A program made the translations under genes and the position numbers. A stretch of DNA of 64,000 nt. Source: Bacteroidota bacterium. GTDB taxonomy: Bacteria; Bacteroidota; Bacteroidia; Chitinophagales; BACL12. Within the stretch, counting starts at the first letter, position 1, and the number at the start of each line of letters is the position of its first letter. The DNA is taken from assembly GCA_016706255.1 (NCBI GenBank), contig JADJJZ010000003.1, positions 417,914 to 481,913 on the forward strand, written 5' to 3'. This document shows, one piece after another, positions 55,553 to 64,000 of the stretch. The notes beneath the pieces were generated by a model. The model ran no database searches. It saw only the letters and a list, made by a program, of their open reading frames with translations, and was not told where the DNA came from.

Positions 55553-56427
55553 GTTTGGTAAACACATTGATAATTGGTGCAGGAAGAAGTGGAACTACAT
55601 CTTTGTATGCCTATCTTGAAAAACATCCGGCGGTAAATTTTTCTATCACAAAAGAATTACATTATTTTTCTATACCGGATTTATACAACCGTGGTGAAAA
55701 TTATTTTCACAGTTTATTTACTGATCGTAATAAAAAAATTATTGCCACTGCAGATACTTATTTGCTTATGGACACAGATGCGCCTGCAAGAGTAAAAGCT
55801 TATAATGCAAATATGAAGCTGATTATTATGTTGCGCGAACCGGTTGCACGTGCTTACAGCAATTTTAATTATTCAGTAAATTTTGGGCACGAAAAATCAG
55901 ATATTTCTTTTTTAGAAACGATTAAACTCGAGCCTGGCAGATTAAATTCTGAGGACATTGTAGAAAAAAATAACTTATGTCATTTTTACGGCAGTTTATA
56001 TTATAAACATATCAGTTACTGGAATAAATATTTTCCGTCAGATCAAATTTTAATTTTCAAATTAGCAGATTTAAAAAATAATCCTGAACAATTTTATAAA
56101 AATGTGTGTATTCAGCTGGGAATAAATTATGTTCCGTTTGAAAAACAGGATAAAGAATTTAACGTTGCTACCGGTGCAAAAAGTAAATGGCTGCAACAAT
56201 TATTATTAAATCGTAACAATCCGGTACGAAAAGTATTATCGTTTATGCTCAGACCATTTAGAAAATTGGTTATACAATCGGGTATGATAGATAAAGTATA
56301 TGCGCTCAATAAAAAAACAATAACTATTCAGCCTTTAACTGATGAAGAGAAGCAGATAGCTAAGGCATATTTTAAGGAAGATGAAGAATTATTGATTAAA
56401 ACCTATGGTATTTCACTCAATAATTGA
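55549..56427 (+). CDS. Sulfotransferase (Sulfotransfer_1-like, NDST/3-OST/NodH-type motifs)
   Basis: IIGAGRSGTTSLYAYLEKHP is the 5'-PSB motif. KELHYF is present. MLREPVARAYSNFNY is the 3'-PB motif. The ATG overlaps the deacetylase stop (ATGA). Confidence 0.8.
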   Translation: MSLVNTLIIGAGRSGTTSLYAYLEKHPAVNFSITKELHYFSIPDLYNRGENYFHSLFTDRNKKIIATADTYLLMDTDAPARVKAYNANMKLIIMLREPVARAYSNFNYSVNFGHEKSDISFLETIKLEPGRLNSEDIVEKNNLCHFYGSLYYKHISYWNKYFPSDQILIFKLADLKNNPEQFYKNVCIQLGINYVPFEKQDKEFNVATGAKSKWLQQLLLNRNNPVRKVLSFMLRPFRKLVIQSGMIDKVYALNKKTITIQPLTDEEKQIAKAYFKEDEELLIKTYGISLNN

Positions 56428-56509
56428 CACTTTAACAAAATTTTAATAAACTTTTTTCCTCTTTATACCATTGATAAACTTATTTGACCAAAACTACTAC
56501 CACTATAAA

Positions 56510-57574
56510 ATGAATAATGTTAATCGAATAATTGTTGGTTTTACTGCAAGCATGGCGATATTACTTTCTGCCTGCGGTAAAGCAGAATCCAAAACAGAAA
56601 CCTTGCCTGCAGCAGCCCCGGTTGCACAACCTGTTCAGGCATTTGTTGCAGGAAGTGCGAGTTTGAATAATGTGATTGATGCCACCGGTACTGTTTTGGC
56701 AAATGAGGAAGTAGAAATTCGAAGTGAAATTCAGGGCAGAGTTACAGGCGTTTATTTTAAAGAAGGTGAATTTGTTGCTGCAGGAAAATTGTTAATTAGC
56801 ATTGATGATAAAGAACTACAAGCACAATTAAAAAGAACCGATTTATCTATACAACTTGCAAATGAAGATGAAACGCGTAAAAAGAAATTAACTGATATCG
56901 GCGGTTTAAGTAAAGAAGATTATGATGTTGCTCTAAACTATCTCTTAAAATTAAAAGCTGAACGCGAATTACTAGTTACGCAAATTGAAAAAACAAAAAT
57001 TACTGCGCCGTTTTCCGGTGTTATTGGATTGCGATATATCAGTGAAGGTGGGTATGTAACACCGGCTAATTTAATTGCAACATTACAACAAACCAATCCC
57101 ATTAAAGTAGAATTTAGTATTCCTGAAAAATATGCAGGTAATATTAAAAATGGCTCAATAGTAAATTATACGGTTGAAGGTAATACAAAAACGTATTCGG
57201 CAACTGTTTATGCAAAAGAACCTAAAATTGATCCTGCAACAAGAACAATAAAAGTTAGAGCAACCGGTCCTAATAATGATAATATGCTTGTGCCAGGTGC
57301 TTTTGCTAAACTGGAAATTGATTTAGCAACTATTGCTGATGCCATTGTTGTTCCGTCTGAAGCACTTGTGCCTACAATTAAAGGTCAATCAGTAATGCTG
57401 GTTAAAAATGGTAAAGCAACTATGACTGTTGTTACTACCGGAATTAGAACTGAAACCACTACACAAATTGTTGATGGTGTTGTTCCGGGAGATACAATTG
57501 TAGTTACCGGATTATTAACTGTTCGTGATGGAATGCCCGTTAAACCAATTGTTATTGAAAAAATAAATAAATAA
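56510..57574 (+). CDS. RND efflux periplasmic adaptor (MFP/HlyD family) lipoprotein
   Basis: Lipobox LLSACG, with a coiled-coil hairpin and beta-barrel segments. ATG 56510 is preferred over the maximal start at 56471. Confidence 0.85.
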   Translation: MNNVNRIIVGFTASMAILLSACGKAESKTETLPAAAPVAQPVQAFVAGSASLNNVIDATGTVLANEEVEIRSEIQGRVTGVYFKEGEFVAAGKLLISIDDKELQAQLKRTDLSIQLANEDETRKKKLTDIGGLSKEDYDVALNYLLKLKAERELLVTQIEKTKITAPFSGVIGLRYISEGGYVTPANLIATLQQTNPIKVEFSIPEKYAGNIKNGSIVNYTVEGNTKTYSATVYAKEPKIDPATRTIKVRATGPNNDNMLVPGAFAKLEIDLATIADAIVVPSEALVPTIKGQSVMLVKNGKATMTVVTTGIRTETTTQIVDGVVPGDTIVVTGLLTVRDGMPVKPIVIEKINK

Positions 57575-57584
57575 TTCAGGCGAT

Positions 57585-60500
57585 ATGAATATTTCCTCTC
57601 TTTCAATTAATCGCCCGGTAATGGCTACCGTTATTTCGATTTTAATTTTATTATTCGGAATAATCGGATACTCATTTTTAGGTGTGCGGGAATACCCAAG
57701 TGTTGACCCGCCTATTATTACAGTATCAACAAATTATATTGGTGCTAACGCAGATGTTGTTGAATCGCAAATTACCGAAGTTCTCGAAGAAAATATTAAT
57801 GGTATTGCCGGCATCCGTTCATTATCTTCTACAAGTGCTGATGGAAGAAGTACAATTACCGTTGAATTTGAATTAGATGTTGACCTTGAAGCTGCCGCTA
57901 ATGATGTACGCGACCGTGTAAGTCAGTCGGTTCGTAACCTGCCGCCCGATTGTGATCCGCCTGTAGTTGCAAAATCGAGTGCCGATTCCAATCCGATTGT
58001 TTCCATGACCATTCAGAGTAATCAGCGCTCATTACTGGAATTATCAGAAATAGCAAATAATGTATTTAAAGAACGATTGCAAACAATTCCGGGAGTAAGT
58101 GAAATAAGGGTTTGGGGAGAAAAAAAATATTCGATGAAATTATTGCTGGATCCGGTTAAACTGGCAGGCTATAATTTAACTCCCCTTGATGTAAGAGATG
58201 CTTTAAATAAAGAAAATGTTGAATTACCTACAGGAAGAATTGAAGGTTACAATACAGAACTTTCTATTCGCACATTCGGACGATTAACTTCTGAAGAAGA
58301 TTTTAATGAGTTGATTATTAAAGAAACAGATGGGGCAGTTATTAAATTAAAAGATATTGGTTCTGCAAAATTATTACCTGAAAATGAAAGAACAATTTTA
58401 CGCGGTAATGGTGGAATTCCTCAAGTGGCAGTTGCCATTACACCACAACCCGGGTCTAATTATATTGACATAGCTGATGAATTTTATGCGCGCGTCGAAA
58501 ATATTAAAGATGAATTACCCGACGATTTACAATATAATATTGCATTAGATACGACACTTAGTATTCGTAAAGCGATTGATGAAGTTAAGGAAACACTGGT
58601 TATTGCTTTCATTCTTGTTGTATTAATCATATTTGCATTTTTACGCGACTGGCGAACAACTTTAATTCCGGTAATTGCTATCCCGATTTCATTAATAGGT
58701 GCATTTTTTATCATGTACATTGCCGGTTTTTCAATAAATATTTTAACCCTGCTCGGAATTGTTTTAGCAACCGGTATTGTGGTAGATGATGCCATTGTGG
58801 TATTGGAAAATATATATGCAAAAATTGAACGTGGCATGGCTCCGAAAGAAGCCGCACATGAGGGCTCCAAAGAAATTATTTTTGCAATTATTTCAACAAC
58901 TGTAACACTCGCAGCAGTATTTTTACCGATAATTTTCCTTCAGGGATTAACGGGCAGGTTATTCCGCGAATTTGGAATTACCGTTGCCGGATCAGTTATT
59001 ATTTCAGCAGTTGTTTCATTAACCTTAACGCCAATGATGAGTTCGCGGATTTTAAAACACCGCGAAAAACATAATTGGCTGTATCGTGCAACTGAACCAT
59101 TTTTCGTGGGTTTGGTTGGGGGATATCACCGTTCGTTAAAAATATTATTGCGCACACCTACTATTGCATTTTTAATCATGCTAATTTCTGGTGGAATTAT
59201 TTATTATTTCGGAGGAAAATTACCGGAAGAATTAGCGCCTATGGAAGATAAAGGGCGTTTTGTAATTAATTCTACTGCACCCGAAGGAACTTCATTCGAA
59301 AAAATGGATGCCTTTAATCAGCAATTGGTAGAAATAGTTGATACATTACCTGAAAAGGCAAATATTATTGCAGTTACTGCACCAAGTTTTGGTTCATCCA
59401 GCGCGGCAAATTCAGGGTTTATTCGTGTCAATTTGGTTGAAGCAGAAGATCGGGATAAATCGCAGCAACAAATAGCGGATGAAATGGCCGCTATCGTTAA
59501 AAAATATAATTTCGCAAGAACATTTATCAGTCAGGAACAAACTATTGGTGGCGATAGACGTGCAGGCCTACCTGTGCAGTATGTTATCCAGGCTCCTGAT
59601 TTCGAGCAACTACGAGCTGTTATTCCAAAATTTATGGAGCAAGCTGCTCAGGATCCTGCTTTTCAGGTGGTAGATATTAATTTGAAGTTTAATAAACCCG
59701 AATTAACCGTTGAAATTGACCGCGACAGAGCACGTGCACTCGGAGTTACCGTGCGCGATATTGCAGAAACATTACAACTCTATTTCAGCGGACAACGCTT
59801 CGGATTTTTTATTTTTAATAATAAACAATATCAGGTAATTGGTCAGGCTACACGTGATAATCGTGATGAGCCTTTTGATTTGAGTAAAGCTTATGTAAAA
59901 AATAGTCGTAACGAGTTAATTCAACTTGATAACTTAATTACATTAACAGACAATAGTTCACCTCCTCAACTATTTCGTTACAACAGATATGTGTCTGCAA
60001 CAATTTCTGCAAACCCTGCTCCGGGTTATACAATTGGTGACGGTATTAAAGTAATGGATAATATTGCAGAAAAAACGTTGAACGACGATTTTTCTACTGC
60101 ATTAGCAGGTACTTCTAAAGAATTTGCGGAAAGTAGCAATAGTTTGCAGTTCGCATTTTATCTGGCATTAATATTAATTTATTTAATTCTTGCCATACAA
60201 TTTGAAAGTTATCGCGACCCTTTAATTGTAATGTTTACTGTTCCGCTAGCACTTGCCGGTGCGGTGTTATCACTGAGTATTTTTGGTCAGACATTAAACA
60301 TATTTTCTCAAATCGGAATTATTGTTTTGGTGGGGATAGTAACTAAAAACGGGATATTAATTGTTGAGTTCGCCAATCAACGTAAAGCAGCAGGCTTAAC
60401 AAAAATGGAAGCTGCTCTCGATGCTGCAACTCAGCGTTTCCGACCAATTTTAATGACAAGTTTTGCAACGGTTTTAGGGGCTTTGCCAATTGCACTTGCA

Positions 60501-60653
60501 CTCGGTGCTTCATCAAAAAGCCGTGTATCAATGGGTATCGCTATTATTGGCGGATTGCTATTTTCACTTGTATTAACATTATATGTTATCCCTTTACTTT
60601 ATTTGCTCATGTCAGCAAGAAATAAAAAAATTCAACAATCAAATGAAAATTAA
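57585..60653 (+). CDS. RND inner-membrane efflux permease (AcrB/HAE1-like)
   Basis: 1022 aa, 12-TM architecture, N-terminus SSLSINRPVMATVISI, and VVDDAIVVLENI in TM4. Confidence 0.95.
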   Translation: MNISSLSINRPVMATVISILILLFGIIGYSFLGVREYPSVDPPIITVSTNYIGANADVVESQITEVLEENINGIAGIRSLSSTSADGRSTITVEFELDVDLEAAANDVRDRVSQSVRNLPPDCDPPVVAKSSADSNPIVSMTIQSNQRSLLELSEIANNVFKERLQTIPGVSEIRVWGEKKYSMKLLLDPVKLAGYNLTPLDVRDALNKENVELPTGRIEGYNTELSIRTFGRLTSEEDFNELIIKETDGAVIKLKDIGSAKLLPENERTILRGNGGIPQVAVAITPQPGSNYIDIADEFYARVENIKDELPDDLQYNIALDTTLSIRKAIDEVKETLVIAFILVVLIIFAFLRDWRTTLIPVIAIPISLIGAFFIMYIAGFSINILTLLGIVLATGIVVDDAIVVLENIYAKIERGMAPKEAAHEGSKEIIFAIISTTVTLAAVFLPIIFLQGLTGRLFREFGITVAGSVIISAVVSLTLTPMMSSRILKHREKHNWLYRATEPFFVGLVGGYHRSLKILLRTPTIAFLIMLISGGIIYYFGGKLPEELAPMEDKGRFVINSTAPEGTSFEKMDAFNQQLVEIVDTLPEKANIIAVTAPSFGSSSAANSGFIRVNLVEAEDRDKSQQQIADEMAAIVKKYNFARTFISQEQTIGGDRRAGLPVQYVIQAPDFEQLRAVIPKFMEQAAQDPAFQVVDINLKFNKPELTVEIDRDRARALGVTVRDIAETLQLYFSGQRFGFFIFNNKQYQVIGQATRDNRDEPFDLSKAYVKNSRNELIQLDNLITLTDNSSPPQLFRYNRYVSATISANPAPGYTIGDGIKVMDNIAEKTLNDDFSTALAGTSKEFAESSNSLQFAFYLALILIYLILAIQFESYRDPLIVMFTVPLALAGAVLSLSIFGQTLNIFSQIGIIVLVGIVTKNGILIVEFANQRKAAGLTKMEAALDAATQRFRPILMTSFATVLGALPIALALGASSKSRVSMGIAIIGGLLFSLVLTLYVIPLLYLLMSARNKKIQQSNEN

Positions 60654-61956
60654 TGCTAAATATTTTATCAGCTTAATAATAGTTGTTGCTCTAACTTCAA
60701 ATGCAATTGCACAAACGCTAACCTTAGTGGAAGCAAGGGCATTAACCTTAAGTAATAATTATGGCATACAAATTCAGCAATTAAATTCAGATATTACTGC
60801 ATTGCAAAACAGTGCCGGTTATGCCGGTATGTTACCAACTATTTCGGCAACTGCAGCTTATAACACCGAATTAACCAATTCAGAGCAAAAATATTTTAGT
60901 GGAGATGTAAGGTCAGTTACCAACGCAGGGGCTAATGCTTTTGATGCGGGTGTTTATTTAAACTGGACACTTTTTGATGGTTTTGCCATGTTTGCTACAC
61001 GCGATAAATTAAATGAATTGGCAGCAAAAGGTGAATTACAATTAAAAAATGAAATAGAATATACCATGTATGATTTGAACGCAGCATGGTATCAGATGAT
61101 TCAATTACAGGAAGCAGCTGAGGTTAACAAGAAAAACATTGAGGTTTCACTTGAACGTTATCGTATTGCAAAAAACCGAGAAACACTTGGTGCAGCTTCA
61201 CACCTGGATGTGTTGCAGGCTGAAGTTGATTTGCATACTGATAGTGCGTCACTCATGCAAACTAATTTACAATTAAAAAATACAAAAGCTAAAATAAATA
61301 ATATCATTGGCAGAGATCCTGCAACTGAATTTAATTCTACTGAAAAAATTACAGTTAATACTGGAATTATTTATAGTGATGTAATAACTAAATCTATTGA
61401 AAATAATACAGAACTCCAAATAGCAAAAAAAGATGAAGCCATTTATAATCTACAGGTAAAAGAATTTAAGGCTTTGTTGTATCCTGAATTAAACTTGACC
61501 GGCGGATATGGTTATCTTAAATCAACTTCTGAATCCGGATTTGTGGAGTCTAATCTGAATTATGGGCCATCTGTTGGATTGTCATTAAATATTCCATTAT
61601 TTAACGGTTTTACTACTTCCAGAAATATTGATATTGCACAAATCGGACAACAAATAGTAACAACTCAAACACAACAATTGCAGTTGGATATTAATACATG
61701 GATTTATACTTTATACAACCAGTATTCCACCTCATTGGCGTTAATGGAATTGGAGCAACGTAATATTGAAGCAGCGCAACAAAATGTAACCATTGCGTTG
61801 GCAAAATTTGATTTGGGTAATATCACTTCAGTTGAACTTAGGGAAATTCAACAGGCATTATTGAACGCTCAAAACCGATTGCTGGTCGAAACCTTAAACG
61901 CTAAACTTGCAGAATTGCAATTAATGAAAATAAGCGGTCAGTTGCCCGTAAATTAA
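60643..61956 (+). CDS. TolC-family outer-membrane efflux channel
   Basis: Signal peptide MKINAKYF...SNAIAQ and a duplicated OEP repeat pattern. The ATG overlaps the RND gene end by 11 nt. Confidence 0.85.
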   Translation: MKINAKYFISLIIVVALTSNAIAQTLTLVEARALTLSNNYGIQIQQLNSDITALQNSAGYAGMLPTISATAAYNTELTNSEQKYFSGDVRSVTNAGANAFDAGVYLNWTLFDGFAMFATRDKLNELAAKGELQLKNEIEYTMYDLNAAWYQMIQLQEAAEVNKKNIEVSLERYRIAKNRETLGAASHLDVLQAEVDLHTDSASLMQTNLQLKNTKAKINNIIGRDPATEFNSTEKITVNTGIIYSDVITKSIENNTELQIAKKDEAIYNLQVKEFKALLYPELNLTGGYGYLKSTSESGFVESNLNYGPSVGLSLNIPLFNGFTTSRNIDIAQIGQQIVTTQTQQLQLDINTWIYTLYNQYSTSLALMELEQRNIEAAQQNVTIALAKFDLGNITSVELREIQQALLNAQNRLLVETLNAKLAELQLMKISGQLPVN

Positions 61957-61995
61957 GCGACAATCTCAACAATTAGTTATTACGTATATCATAAT

Positions 61996-62649
61996 ATGTA
62001 TTTAATTGCATGTTTAATGTTATTTTTTAATTCGCCGCAACCAAAGCAACATACCATGTTATGCCTTGGTGATAGTTACACGATTGGTCAGTCCGTAGAA
62101 ACCTCAGAACGTTTCCCGGAGCAAACCGTTTCCAAACTTGCTGATAAATCAAACAGTTTTAATGCACCGGAAATTATCGCCCGCACCGGATGGACATGTG
62201 ATGAACTGAATAAGGCAATTAATCAAAAAAATATCAAAACAACTTTTGATGTTGTCACTTTGCTGATTGGCGTGAACGACCAGTTTCGCGGATATGACAC
62301 AACCGGTTATGCAACAGATTTTGAACAATTATTAAAAACGGCCATACAATTTGCAAATAATAAACCCGCACATGTTTTTGTATTAAATATACCTGATTAC
62401 GATGTAACTCCCTTTGCCGCAAATGCAAAACAAACGCCCGGACAGATTGCAGCTGATATCGATAACTTTAATACTATTAATAAGCGCATCGCCAATAAAT
62501 ACCATGTCAATTATATTGATATTACTCCAATTTCCAGAAAAGCTGAAAGTCAATCAGATTTAATTGCCTATGATGGATTACATCCTTCTGGTAAAATGTA
62601 TGGTTTGTGGGCAGATAAATTAGCTGAGTTAATCAGCACAATTTATTAG
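61996..62649 (+). CDS. SGNH/GDSL-family hydrolase
   Basis: LCLGDSYT (block I Ser), GVNDQ (block III) and DGLHPS (block V). Confidence 0.8.
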   Translation: MYLIACLMLFFNSPQPKQHTMLCLGDSYTIGQSVETSERFPEQTVSKLADKSNSFNAPEIIARTGWTCDELNKAINQKNIKTTFDVVTLLIGVNDQFRGYDTTGYATDFEQLLKTAIQFANNKPAHVFVLNIPDYDVTPFAANAKQTPGQIAADIDNFNTINKRIANKYHVNYIDITPISRKAESQSDLIAYDGLHPSGKMYGLWADKLAELISTIY

Positions 62650-64000
62650 TAATTAATATTACTGCTCAACCATTTTTCCATTACTTCAGGTGACATGTTT
62701 TTTCGTTTGGCTAAATCAAGCACCTGGTCTTTACCTATTTTACCCGTTCCGAAATATTTTGCTTCCGGATGTGCAAAGTACCAACCACTAACACTAGCTG
62801 CAGGATACATAGCCATACTGTCGGTAAGCTGAATGCCAATATTTTCTGTTACCTTAAGTAAATTAAATAAGGTAATTTTTTCGGTATGATCAGGGCATGC
62901 TGGATAACCGGGCGCAGGTCTTATACCCACATAATTTTCACTGATGAGTTGCTCAGTTGAGTTGTTTTCATCTTTGGAATAACCCCATAATTCTTTGCGC
63001 ATTAATTCGTGCATACGTTCTGCAAATGCTTCTGCTAACCTGTCGGCAAGTGCTTTTAATAAAATGCTGTTATAGTCATCATGTTGTGCTTCAAATGCTG
63101 CAACTTTACCCTCAATATTAAACCCGGCACTTACCGCAAATGCACCTAAATAATCTGTTTTCCCCGATGTTTCAGGTAAAATAAAATCGCTCAGGCAATA
63201 ATTAGCCTGACCGTCAACCTTTTTATTTTGCTGTCGAATATGATGTAATGTGCAAATCACTTTATTGTTATCATCCAACAACTCAATGTCATCTTCAACT
63301 GAACGCGCTTTGAAAATTCCCACTACTGCTTTTGCTGTGAGCCATTTTTCTGCAACTATTTTATCAAGTAAAACCTGTGCATCTTCAAATAATTTTTGTG
63401 CTGCTTCACCTATAAGTTCATCTTCCAAAATAGCAGGATATTTTCCATGTAATTCCCATGTTTGAAAAAATGGTGTCCAGTCGATATATTTTACTAACTC
63501 TGCAATAGGATAATCATCAAATGTTTTAATTCCGGTAAAACTTGGTGTTACAGGATTATACTCAGTATCTTTTAATTGAATTTTGTTTTTACGAGCATCT
63601 GCCAAACTCAAAAATCCTTTAAAAGATTGTTTTGATTTGTGGTTTTGATTTAAGATGGCATATTCATCTTTTATTTCCTGAACAAATGCTGTCTTTTCAT
63701 GATTCAACAATTTTCCTGCAATGGTAACACTGCGCGATGCATCGGTAACATGAATTACAGGCTGATTATATGCAGGTGCAATTTTAACTGCTGTATGCGT
63801 GCGGGATGTAGTTGCACCACCTATTAATAACGGAATGGTGAAATTTCTTTTTTCCATTTCAGATGCCACATAAACCATTTCATCAAGAGAAGGCGTAATT
63901 AATCCGCTTAAGCCAATTATATCTACCTTCTCACTTATTGCAGTATTTAAAATCTTCTCTGCATTTACCATCACCCCTAAATCAATTATTTCATAATTGT
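62646..64000 (-). CDS. metH: Methionine synthase MetH, C-terminal B12-binding and AdoMet-activation domains (5' end outside window)
   Basis: The frame is open to the window edge (..NYEIIDLGVMVNAEKIL). LSGLITPSLDEM and GYPACPDH motifs are present, along with the activation-domain C-terminus. Confidence 0.9.
   Translation of the reverse strand, partial: NYEIIDLGVMVNAEKILNTAISEKVDIIGLSGLITPSLDEMVYVASEMEKRNFTIPLLIGGATTSRTHTAVKIAPAYNQPVIHVTDASRSVTIAGKLLNHEKTAFVQEIKDEYAILNQNHKSKQSFKGFLSLADARKNKIQLKDTEYNPVTPSFTGIKTFDDYPIAELVKYIDWTPFFQTWELHGKYPAILEDELIGEAAQKLFEDAQVLLDKIVAEKWLTAKAVVGIFKARSVEDDIELLDDNNKVICTLHHIRQQNKKVDGQANYCLSDFILPETSGKTDYLGAFAVSAGFNIEGKVAAFEAQHDDYNSILLKALADRLAEAFAERMHELMRKELWGYSKDENNSTEQLISENYVGIRPAPGYPACPDHTEKITLFNLLKVTENIGIQLTDSMAMYPAASVSGWYFAHPEAKYFGTGKIGKDQVLDLAKRKNMSPEVMEKWLSSNINY

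Noticed and set aside
58484-58870. A 128-aa minus-strand ORF, plus similar shadow ORFs at 18441-18821, 19296-19565, 21086-21412, 49690-50058, 51411-51662 and 54043-54363.
   Set aside because: All are embedded antisense in well-supported genes (RND permease, uvrA, wzc, cytidylyltransferase/NeuB, kdsA, radical SAM). None has a recognisable motif, signal or independent intergenic start region.
1-64000. A search for CRISPR arrays, IS elements or transposases, integrases, prophage genes, toxin-antitoxin pairs and known defence-system signatures.
   Set aside because: I recognised no direct-repeat/spacer arrays, no DDE/tyrosine/serine recombinase motifs and no nuclease/ATPase defence architectures in any of the listed ORFs. 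The accessory-looking content is glycan biosynthesis rather than mobile or defence DNA.

Overview
Low-GC, gene-dense chromosomal segment that looks like Bacteroidota: several T9SS C-terminal sorting domains, TAnnTTTG-type -7 boxes, and frequent TTG/GTG starts. I saw no rRNA, tRNA, CRISPR array, transposase or integrase. The layout has three parts. (1) 1-20.4 kb holds housekeeping and secreted-protein genes. These are a UvrD/PcrA helicase fragment, a tightly coupled sulfotransferase-fold plus class IV aminotransferase pair, truA, lysS, a Tat plus T9SS flavin amine oxidase, an ALDH8-like dehydrogenase, an M23/LysM peptidase, two tandem vWA T9SS paralogues, a RidA-family protein and uvrA. (2) 20.4-51.4 kb is a ~31 kb polysaccharide locus entirely on the minus strand, with many 1-16 nt gene overlaps. 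It is headed by a winged-helix regulator and ends in Wza/Wzc. It combines a NeuB-family/CMP-ulosonic-acid cassette, an embedded sulfotransferase-fold gene, Wzx, a Wzy-like protein, about 6 glycosyltransferases, WecB, an MDR-GFO fusion oxidoreductase, an AsnB-type amidotransferase, a cytoplasmic heparinase II/III-fold protein and a PglF/PglE/PglC-like priming block. (3) 51.4-64 kb holds kdsA, a CI-type HTH plus S24 peptidase repressor (non-canonical LexA-like) divergent from an SplB-like radical SAM gene, a translationally coupled NodB-type deacetylase/sulfotransferase pair, an RND efflux operon, an SGNH hydrolase and a metH fragment. Two genes are split by single-base frameshifts. The most interesting hypothesis is a sulfated, ulosonic-acid-containing and possibly amidated or zwitterionic polysaccharide system. 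It rests on family-level recognition by eye and needs HMM/BLAST and chemistry to confirm.
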